Assembly (NCBI GenBank): GCA_003116855.1
Contig: BEWT01000012.1
Coordinates: 4,513-28,512, forward strand
Length of the DNA: 24,000 nucleotides
Source of the DNA: Desulfurococcaceae archaeon AG1
Lineage (GTDB): Archaea; Thermoproteota; Thermoprotei_A; Sulfolobales; AG1
Reading direction: 5' to 3'
Made by a program: the position numbers and the translations under genes. The notes beneath the pieces are model-generated. The model did not search any database and was not told where the DNA came from. It saw only the letters and a list, made by a program, of their open reading frames with translations. Positions 16,289 through 23,010 of the stretch are shown piece by piece (position 1 is the stretch's first letter; each line of letters begins with the position of its first letter).

Positions 16289-16804
16289 CTAGTAGGGTAC
16301 GTTTTTTAACCCTAGCTTGTAGGCTCCCCAGTTTGTTGCTATGTGGAGGATAAGCACTATAATGGCTCCTGCTACGAAGATCGCGAGGTCTATTTGGTAA
16401 CCAACCATGGTGTCTAGAGATAGGGTTTTTATCAAGATGTTTGCGAAGATGAAGAATGATAGCTGGTCTAGAAGGGGTGCTGGGGCTCCCCTAGGGATCC
16501 CTAGTCTTCTCTTTATAAAGGCTCCTACTATATCGCCTAGAAGAGCTCCTAGGGATGATGCTGCTGCATATGGTACGAAATATGGATTATCAAGGGCTGC
16601 TGAATAGATAGCACCCACCCCCGTTCCAAAGATCATGCCTACTGCTAGTCCTTCGAAGGTTTTCCCATCACCCAGGATTCTCTTACCATCTATGAACACC
16701 CTACCAAGATCTATTGGTTTTCCCCTCTTAACAAACACAGGAGCCCCGTTGGAGGCCATTGCGGGGAAGTATATGAAGATAGCCTTCAGGATCGTCTCGA
16801 TCAA
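16289..16804 (-). CDS. carS: CDP-archaeol synthase (CDP-2,3-bis-O-geranylgeranyl-sn-glycerol synthase, DUF46 family)
   Basis: 171 aa, 5-TM. N-terminal YFPAMASNGAPV and FIKRRLGIPRGAPAPLLDQLSF match the CarS family signature (KRRxGxxxGxxxPxxDQ). Confidence 0.8.
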   Translation of the reverse strand: MIETILKAIFIYFPAMASNGAPVFVKRGKPIDLGRVFIDGKRILGDGKTFEGLAVGMIFGTGVGAIYSAALDNPYFVPYAAASSLGALLGDIVGAFIKRRLGIPRGAPAPLLDQLSFFIFANILIKTLSLDTMVGYQIDLAIFVAGAIIVLILHIATNWGAYKLGLKNVPY

Positions 16805-16918
16805 GCCTGTAACCAGCTCTATCTAGCCCACCACACATGAACATTATTGATAGCTTAATATAGAGAGATCCATGTTTGCTGCGGCTTTTAAATCCCCTTG
16901 CAATATATGGAGTAGCTG

Positions 16919-17554
16919 GTGCCTCTCTTGTCAAGAGCAAGGATCCCTGGGAGGGAGAAGTGGAAGTACAAGAAGTGGTATAGGGTCACAGCACCCCCTC
17001 TTTTCGGTGAGGTTGAGATAGGCTCCATACCTGCAGACGAGGACTGGAAGATCATTGGGAGAACTGTTGAGGTAACGATGTACGAGCTCACCGGAGATAT
17101 ATCACAGCTCCACATCAGATTCAAATTCCAAATAATAGGAGTAGAGGGCGATAGAGCGATAACCAGGTTCAAGCTCATGGAGCTTGCTAGAGACTACCTT
17201 AGAAGCCTTACAAGGAGGAAGAGCAGCAAGGTGGCTGGGATAATCAACCTAACCACCAAGGATGGCTACGGGATAAGGGTGACAACAGCCGCCTTTACAA
17301 CATATAGGTGCAAGACATCCCAGAAAAAAGCTATTCGAAAGATAATGTTCGAAATACTATCCAAAGCAGCCTCGGAGAAAACGCTGGACGAGTTTATAAA
17401 AGCCTCGCTAGGAGAGATACAGAGCCAGATATTACAGGAGGCTAAAAAGATATATCCCATCAGGAAGGTAGAGATAGCCAAGATCAAGCTCCTAACAATA
17501 CCAGGACCAAGCGGCCCTATGAAGGCCGTTGTAACCCCACAGAGACCTGTATAG
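16919..17554 (+). CDS. rps3ae: 30S ribosomal protein S3Ae (eS1)
   Basis: 211 aa with a GTG start. KWKYKKWYRVTAPPLFGEVEIGSIPADE...GRTVEVTMYELTGD is the canonical S3Ae N-terminus. Confidence 0.9.
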   Translation: MPLLSRARIPGREKWKYKKWYRVTAPPLFGEVEIGSIPADEDWKIIGRTVEVTMYELTGDISQLHIRFKFQIIGVEGDRAITRFKLMELARDYLRSLTRRKSSKVAGIINLTTKDGYGIRVTTAAFTTYRCKTSQKKAIRKIMFEILSKAASEKTLDEFIKASLGEIQSQILQEAKKIYPIRKVEIAKIKLLTIPGPSGPMKAVVTPQRPV

Positions 17555-17572
17555 CTATATCCTCATAGCTAT
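17551..17572. repeat. Two copies of the self-complementary octamer ATAGCTAT separated by 6 nt (potential 8-bp hairpin on either strand)
   Basis: The copies lie at 17551..17558 and 17565..17572. They overlap the rps3ae stop codon (17552..17554) in the 39-nt gap between convergent genes. Confidence 0.3.
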
Positions 17573-17593
17573 AGCTAAGCTCTATTCCAAATC

Positions 17594-18154
17594 TTAATAC
17601 TCCTCGGCGACTGGTTTCAATACTCTGAGGAACCAGCCTAGGTCGAATATATTCTCTACAGCAGCCTCGGTATCTCTACCCATAGCTTTAGCTCTGAGAA
17701 TCTCTCTAGGATCTAGTAGGGCTCTCCCAACCCCTATGACTCGCTTATCACTCGGATCTATGATCCCCACTATGTCTCCCCTTCTAAAGGGCCTATAGAT
17801 CTTCTCGACACTAGCCACTAGAAGATCGTTTCCGTATAGGTAGGCTTTAACACCCTGGGGTCCTGCCTCTACAGCGGACCTTATATCACCGGTGCATCTA
17901 TATATCTCTTGCAGTAAGTCTGGGTATGGGTAGATCTCGCTATTGATTATAATTCCAACCGGGGATCCTGCATATATATATTTGAGATCGATCTCACTCT
18001 CTATAACTGTAACTATACATATCCCTGGATATAGATTGCATGTGATCTCGAGCCTTTGTGGGATGCACTTAATAATCTCGGTTCTTTTATAGGCTCTTGA
18101 GAGGATCCCTAGAAGCTTTTCCTTATATCTCTTTATCTCTTCCCTATCACGCAT
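17594..18154 (-). CDS. PUA-domain RNA-binding protein
   Basis: 186 aa. The C-terminal GNDLLVASVEKIYRPFRRGDIVGIIDPSDKRVIGVGRALLDPREI fits the PUA pattern (G.D..A..V....I..GD.V.I......IGVG.A). It overlaps the 3' end of the upstream NSUN gene by 22 nt. Confidence 0.6.
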   Translation of the reverse strand: MRDREEIKRYKEKLLGILSRAYKRTEIIKCIPQRLEITCNLYPGICIVTVIESEIDLKYIYAGSPVGIIINSEIYPYPDLLQEIYRCTGDIRSAVEAGPQGVKAYLYGNDLLVASVEKIYRPFRRGDIVGIIDPSDKRVIGVGRALLDPREILRAKAMGRDTEAAVENIFDLGWFLRVLKPVAEEY

Positions 18155-19155
18155 ACGAAAGATCCCCCTGTCCTATGGATATGGGGCCATGTTCTTATGC
18201 ACCTCCTAACCTCTGGAGAGATCCTCTTGATCCAGAGATCCCCTATACCTCTTGACCAGATCGAGAGACTCGGTTCTCTTAAAAAGATCTCGTCGCCATA
18301 TATCTCGAGAACCCTGCTCACAACATACTCATTCTCCTCAGGAGCTATGCTGCATGTGGAGTAAACCAGAACCCCTCCAGGCTCTAGGATCTCTATAGCC
18401 GATGCTAGGATCTCTATCTGCCTCCTAACAAGTGCTGCAAGGCTCTTCTGATCGGTTCTCCTCTTCCTACCAGGATCTATCATTATATAGCCCTCAGCAC
18501 TGCAGGGAGCATCGACAAGGATCCTTGTGAATTTCCTTCCAACAACATCCTTGATCCTCCTGGCATCGCCCCTAGTTACGGCTATGCTTTTAAAACCCAT
18601 CCTCGCTATATTTGACACAAGAGATCTTATCCTATCAAGCGAGATATCATTAGCAACTACAAGCCCCCTATCCCCAATAAGCTGGGCTATATATGTCGCC
18701 TTACCACCTGGGGCTGCGCAGGTGTCAAGCACGGAATCACCAACACCTAGATCCATGTTAAGCGGTGGTATGAGGGGCGAGGAGTCTCTGTGGAGGTAAT
18801 AATAACCCTTGAGATACTCATGGGTAGAACCGAGGGTCGGGCTCCCAGGGGTTCTCAGGATCTCTATAGCCTCTCGTGACCATTCGAGCCTCCTAACCTC
18901 GAACCCAAGGCTTCTGAGCCTCTCTTCCAGCCTCTTGCAATCAATCCTAAGGTTATTGCACCTAGCCACGGGCTTGAGGATCGATTGATCCTCCATTGCC
19001 TCAAGAAGATCTTCCGCAGAGCTGCCAAGGATTCTTATGTATCTCTCAACCATATATTCTAAATAACCATACCTCCTAGCAAGCCTCCTAGCATCCTCTC
19101 CAGGCTCTACATAGATATCCTCCAGGATCTCTTTGAGACTAGCTATGGCAGGCAT
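18133..19155 (-). CDS. NOL1/NOP2/Sun family RNA cytosine-C5 methyltransferase
   Basis: 340 aa. SAM motif I DTCAAPGGKATYIAQL, motif IV DAPCSAEG and motif VI YSTCSIAPEENE, with both catalytic cysteines. Confidence 0.9.
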   Translation of the reverse strand: MPAIASLKEILEDIYVEPGEDARRLARRYGYLEYMVERYIRILGSSAEDLLEAMEDQSILKPVARCNNLRIDCKRLEERLRSLGFEVRRLEWSREAIEILRTPGSPTLGSTHEYLKGYYYLHRDSSPLIPPLNMDLGVGDSVLDTCAAPGGKATYIAQLIGDRGLVVANDISLDRIRSLVSNIARMGFKSIAVTRGDARRIKDVVGRKFTRILVDAPCSAEGYIMIDPGRKRRTDQKSLAALVRRQIEILASAIEILEPGGVLVYSTCSIAPEENEYVVSRVLEIYGDEIFLREPSLSIWSRGIGDLWIKRISPEVRRCIRTWPHIHRTGGSFVCVIGKR

Positions 19156-19167
19156 GAGAGAGACCCG

Positions 19168-19596
19168 CTATATATGCGCCCTTAATATGATCATGGTGTA
19201 TGTTGAGACAACACCCTCTATAGATCTTATCGCATCTATACATCTATTTATAAAACCAATACCAACACCCCTCACAAGCACAGCTATATCGTGCTCGCCA
19301 GTAACCTCATAAACAGCCTCAACACCCTCAATACTCTTTATCCTCTCAGCAATCTCAGGCGTCTTTGTAGGGGGAGTGGTTTTTACAAGAACAAGGGCTC
19401 TAGCCTCATCGCTTAATACATACTCAACACTGAATCTCCTTATAATACCCTTCCTAATCATGTTAGAGATCCTCTTTCTCACAGCCGTCTCGCTAAGCCC
19501 TACAGATCTTGCTATCTCTCTATACGATGCCCTACCATCTTTCTTGAGTATAGAGAGTATCTTCTGATCCGTGTCATCGATAGAGATTCTGGACAC
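19168..19596 (-). CDS. Lrp/AsnC family transcriptional regulator (LysM-like by position)
   Basis: 142 aa with a GTG start. N-terminal wHTH DQKILSILKKDGRASYREIARSVGLSETAVRKRI plus a C-terminal RAM/ACT-like domain. It is divergent from lysW, as LysM is in Sulfolobus. Confidence 0.85.
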   Translation of the reverse strand: MSRISIDDTDQKILSILKKDGRASYREIARSVGLSETAVRKRISNMIRKGIIRRFSVEYVLSDEARALVLVKTTPPTKTPEIAERIKSIEGVEAVYEVTGEHDIAVLVRGVGIGFINRCIDAIRSIEGVVSTYTMIILRAHI

Positions 19597-19717
19597 CCAC
19601 GTATTATATCGATAGACGATATATGTTCTAATAACGAACGATCCTTACCGAGCAATGTTTATCTAAAGAACAAACAAAGCAAAAAACAATAATGAGTAGT
19701 CCTTGTTTATGGGTGTG

Positions 19718-19728
19718 TTTTTATATAG
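19718..19728 (+). promoter_or_regulatory. TATA box upstream of lysW
   Basis: TTTTTATATAG is centred about 36 nt upstream of ATG 19760, in the divergent lrp-lysW intergenic region. Confidence 0.4.
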
Positions 19729-19759
19729 TGCGCACCGCCAAGCTCTATATGGTGGTTCC

Positions 19760-19930
19760 ATGGAGCATAGATGCCCCGTATGTGGAAGACCGATCGAGAT
19801 CCCGAGCGATCCTGTCTCAGGAGAGCTTGTGGATCATGATTGTGGTGCAACAATAGAGATCGTGGTCCTCGATGGAGGATCTATAAGACTCAAACCATTC
19901 CAAGGCGTCGGGGAGGATTGGGGAGAGTAG
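19760..19930 (+). CDS. lysW: Amino-group carrier protein LysW (alpha-aminoadipate/glutamate carrier)
   Basis: 56 aa from ATG 19760: MEHRCPVCGRPIEIPSDPVSGELVDHDCGATIEI...GVGEDWGE. It has a zinc-ribbon core and the diagnostic C-terminal EDWGE tail. The track's 19703 TTG start lies upstream of the TATA box and was not used. Confidence 0.85.
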   Translation: MEHRCPVCGRPIEIPSDPVSGELVDHDCGATIEIVVLDGGSIRLKPFQGVGEDWGE

Positions 19931-20072
19931 GTTTGCTTCTTACATATCCTTTAGAGGTGCTATCAATCCTTTGAAAACCATAGCCCTCATCCCAGCACCA
20001 TATATGGAAACGACTCCTCGCTTGATAGTTCACGGAGCATCATGGATAGAGAGTATGGGTTAGGGTTTAGAG

Positions 20073-20915
20073 TTGATCCTGGTCGTCTACCACACAGTCG
20101 CAAGGTGGGAGGAGGAGCAGATAGCAAGGGCTCTTGAAAGGCTGGGAGCTAGCTATAGGCTTATGGATGTTAGTAAAGAGCCTATAAAGATAGGGGGTAA
20201 GATCCATGATGACCCTTCGATAGCTATTCAAAGGAGTGTGAGCAGGATAGCAGCCCTAGAATCGACAATAGCCCTAGAGGGATCAGGAGTAAGGGTTATT
20301 AACAACTCCCTCTCAATAGCCGTCTCGCAGAGCAAGATCTGGTGTCTCTCGATACTAGCAAGATCCGGGATCCCGATCCCAAAGAGCTATGCATCCTTCG
20401 GACCAAGCTCTATCGAAAAGAGTGCCGAGGATCTAGGCTACCCGGTGGTCTATAAACCCTCCCAAGGAAGCTGGGGCAGGCTTGTCTCAATGGCAAGAGA
20501 CCCTGGAGAGCTTAGCGCACTAATAGCCCATAGAGAGTCCCTAGGCCCTCAAGCTCTTTACGGGATCGTGCAGGAGTATGTAAAGAAACCCTGGAGGGAT
20601 ATAAGGGCAACGGTGATCGGGGATCAAGTGATCTCGATCTACAGGATCAATAAGACACACTGGATAACAAACACAGCTAGAGGAGCAGAAGCCAAGCCAG
20701 TACCAAAAGACCCAGAGCTAGAAGATCTAGCAATAAAGGCTGCTAAAGCCCTCGGGCTGGAGGTGGCTGGGATAGATATATTCGAGGATCCTGAGAGAGG
20801 CTATATAGTGAATGAAGCAAACCCGGTTCCGGAGTTTAAAAACGTAGCTAGGGTTACTGGTGTAGATATAGCTAACATTATAGCTGAGTATGTGTTATCG
20901 CAAGCCAGAGTATAG
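20073..20915 (+). CDS. lysX: RimK/ATP-grasp ligase LysX/ArgX (amino acid--LysW ligase)
   Basis: 280 aa with a TTG start. N-terminal VYHTVARWEEEQIARALERLG (LysX pattern YDRIRWEEK), ATP-grasp motifs YPVVYKPSQGSWGRLV, QEYV and DIFE...IVNEANPVPEF. It is adjacent to lysW. Confidence 0.85.
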   Translation: MILVVYHTVARWEEEQIARALERLGASYRLMDVSKEPIKIGGKIHDDPSIAIQRSVSRIAALESTIALEGSGVRVINNSLSIAVSQSKIWCLSILARSGIPIPKSYASFGPSSIEKSAEDLGYPVVYKPSQGSWGRLVSMARDPGELSALIAHRESLGPQALYGIVQEYVKKPWRDIRATVIGDQVISIYRINKTHWITNTARGAEAKPVPKDPELEDLAIKAAKALGLEVAGIDIFEDPERGYIVNEANPVPEFKNVARVTGVDIANIIAEYVLSQARV

Positions 20916-21156
20916 AGGAGCAACCAACACGGGTTCCTTGTACGCCTCGCTCGATCACATAGTAGATCAGCTTTACTATCTACTATCACTCGTTTAAATA
21001 TGATTCCATTTAGATCCATTCGTGATCGATGGGGCATTTAAGGAATGGTTTATAATAACAAGGATCGAGAATCCTATGAAGCCGTGAAAGCCTCTAGCGT
21101 GTGGAGAGGAATAACCGATATCTAGGGACAAACAATTATGCTTATAGATCTCTATA

Positions 21157-21948
21157 CTACAATACTGCCTTCACATAGCCCCCGTCGATCAGGATCATTG
21201 CCCCGTTTATGTATGATGCTTTATCGCTTGCTAGAAATGCTGCTAGATAGCCTATCTCCTCAGGCAAGCCTAGTCTCCCTACTGGGATGTCTTTAGCTAG
21301 GTTTTTGAGAGCCTCGTCAACAGTGATCTTGTTTCTCGAGGCTAGATCCTCGGCTATCCTCATAGTCCTCTCTGTCTTTATATGGCCCTGCATGATCCCG
21401 TTGGCTGTTATACCCATCCCGCCCAGCTCGTGGGCTAGTGATTTCACGAGCCCTGCTATGCTTAGCCTCACAGTATTGGAAAGCACTATGGTTGGGATGA
21501 TCTGTCTAAGCGTGCTCGAGGTTATATATATAAGCCTCCCCCACCTTCTCTCAATCATCCCCGGAACTACTAGTTTCGTTAGCCACACTGCGTTGAGAAG
21601 AAGAAGCCTTACAGCCTCTTCCCAGTCCTCGAAGCTGAGCTCCATGAACGTCCCCAGCTTAGGGGGTCCTGTGTTATATACAAGGATATCCACACCACCA
21701 AATGTGTTCAGAACCTCTCTCACAAGCTTCTCGACATCGCTCCTAACCCTAAGATCAGCCTCTATGCCGAGAACCTCTGAGCCTGAGATCTCCTTCAACC
21801 TCTTAACAGCAAGATCCACGTTCTCCTTAGACCTAGATGTAACCACAACCCTAGCCCCCTCCTCAGCAAAGACTCTCGCAACACCAAACCCTATCCCCTT
21901 AGTCGAGGCTGTAACAATAACCCTCTTACCCTTCAAACCAAGATCCAT
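21157..21948 (-). CDS. Short-chain dehydrogenase/reductase family protein, atypical (no YxxxK)
   Basis: From ATG 21948: MDLGLKGKRVIVTASTKGIGFGVA (TGxxxGxG-type Rossmann motif), NTGPP, and C-terminal YINGAMILIDGG. The catalytic dyad position reads S-NTV-R instead of Y-xxx-K. Confidence 0.85.
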   Translation of the reverse strand: MDLGLKGKRVIVTASTKGIGFGVARVFAEEGARVVVTSRSKENVDLAVKRLKEISGSEVLGIEADLRVRSDVEKLVREVLNTFGGVDILVYNTGPPKLGTFMELSFEDWEEAVRLLLLNAVWLTKLVVPGMIERRWGRLIYITSSTLRQIIPTIVLSNTVRLSIAGLVKSLAHELGGMGITANGIMQGHIKTERTMRIAEDLASRNKITVDEALKNLAKDIPVGRLGLPEEIGYLAAFLASDKASYINGAMILIDGGYVKAVL

Positions 21949-22179
21949 ACGGTCACCAAGTATAATCTCTACCAAACCTTTATACTAATGCTCCGCCCCA
22001 CAAACTAAACTCTGCAGCGTTTCATAGAGATCTAAGCAGCAGTAAGCCAGAAAGGATCTAAGGGATAGCTGCAGGTAAGGGTTCACCTAAAGAGGTGAAA
22101 AATAGCGATAGGGTTTTTGATAAGAGGGGCTCTAAGATTGATGAAGCCGAGGGTTGAGGTTAGGATCAAAAATACCTGG

Positions 22180-22830
22180 TTATCTGCCCCTGAGCCTTAT
22201 GTAGAGGAGGATTGCTACGAGGATTCCTAAGATTGCTATCAACATGACGAGATATATCTCTCCACCAAGACTTCGAGGCCTGGTATCGCTGATCACCGCG
22301 CTCTCTTTGCTCTGTGTTATATAGGCTATGTAGAGGCTCCATAGATGTGGTTTAAACTCGTTGGGATAGTCTATGATCGATGCATATCCATTTGTAACGA
22401 GCCATAGGTTTATGTTGAGGAGATGTGTTGAGTTGATCTGAAGGTAGGTTATAGCAACAACTCTACCATATCTATCATATACATAGAGATCATCTATATC
22501 TAGATAAACCTCCCTACCCTCCAAGAGGTTCTTGAGTGCCGAGCGGGAGGAATCACCCTCAGGGGTTCCAAGCTCGGGAGCATTTATGTCGGCAAGCCTC
22601 ACCCTAATGATAGATCCGTTCATGTTGGAGTATCTATCCTTGTAGATCGCAATAACCTTAGCATCAAAGGTATCGCCATCGATAACACGTGTAACGATTG
22701 CAAGGGCTTCTAGATACTCTCCAGACGGCTCTAGAGAGATCTGCCCTAGAGCTGTGGGAAGCAGTATTGAGAATGCTACGAGGATCGAGAGGATCAGGCT
22801 TCTATAGATTGTTCTCAATGTAGTGATCAC
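22180..22830 (-). CDS. Staphylococcal-nuclease-like (thermonuclease) protein with an N-terminal signal/anchor and a C-terminal TM helix
   Basis: 216 aa. SNase core VIDGDTFDAKV...IRVRLADINAPE...RYGRVVA...LVTNGYA. Hydrophobic N-terminus SLILSILVAFSILLPTALG and C-terminal IYLVMLIAILGILVAILLYI followed by RLRGR. Confidence 0.75.
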   Translation of the reverse strand: MITTLRTIYRSLILSILVAFSILLPTALGQISLEPSGEYLEALAIVTRVIDGDTFDAKVIAIYKDRYSNMNGSIIRVRLADINAPELGTPEGDSSRSALKNLLEGREVYLDIDDLYVYDRYGRVVAITYLQINSTHLLNINLWLVTNGYASIIDYPNEFKPHLWSLYIAYITQSKESAVISDTRPRSLGGEIYLVMLIAILGILVAILLYIRLRGR

Positions 22831-23010
22831 ACCGTATATCTAGCTCCAAGAAACACTTATATCTTCCTCAATCTAGGGGATCAAGGGGTCTTCGGGATAC
22901 CTATAATACTACCAATTGGCAGAAAGGCTTAGGAGACACGGAGGATTTGGTTTAGGCAATAAGGTTTTATACCATGAGCCATGTTGAATAGCCTATATGG
23001 GTTTGGATAG

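Noticed and set aside
17111-17135. GATTCAAATTCC, which resembles a tRNA T-loop
   Set aside because: It lies inside the rps3ae coding frame. The flanking bases (TCAGA / TCCAA) cannot form a T-stem, and there is no acceptor or anticodon arm nearby. No tRNA-like cloverleaf was found in any intergenic spacer.
19703-19759. Upstream TTG start extending LysW by 19 residues
   Set aside because: The extension begins upstream of the TATA box at 19718..19728 and adds a hydrophobic non-conserved peptide. LysW proteins are about 55 aa and begin just before the CxxC knuckle.
20801-21037. 78-aa minus-strand ORF reaching into the lysX-SDR spacer
   Set aside because: Its 3' third is antisense to the conserved lysX C-terminus. 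It has no motifs and no promoter-like element upstream. The spacer is more simply the shared 3' region of two convergent genes.
21287-21988. Long antisense ORFs opposite well-supported genes. The example is the 233-aa ORF opposite the SDR gene. Others are 10040..10594, 2957..3484, 4051..4515, 7176..7622, 1921..2298, 2599..3000 and 14374..14946.
   Set aside because: All of them are Ser/Leu/Thr/Pro-rich low-complexity translations with no recognisable motifs. They lie fully inside genes that have strong family signatures on the other strand. This is typical of shadow ORFs produced by the codon bias of the real gene.
22141-22233. Short plus-strand ORF (about 30 codons, MKPRVEVRIKNTW...) upstream of and overlapping the nuclease 3' end
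   Set aside because: It is very short, overlaps the C-terminal TM-helix codons of the SNase gene on the opposite strand, and has no start-site signals.
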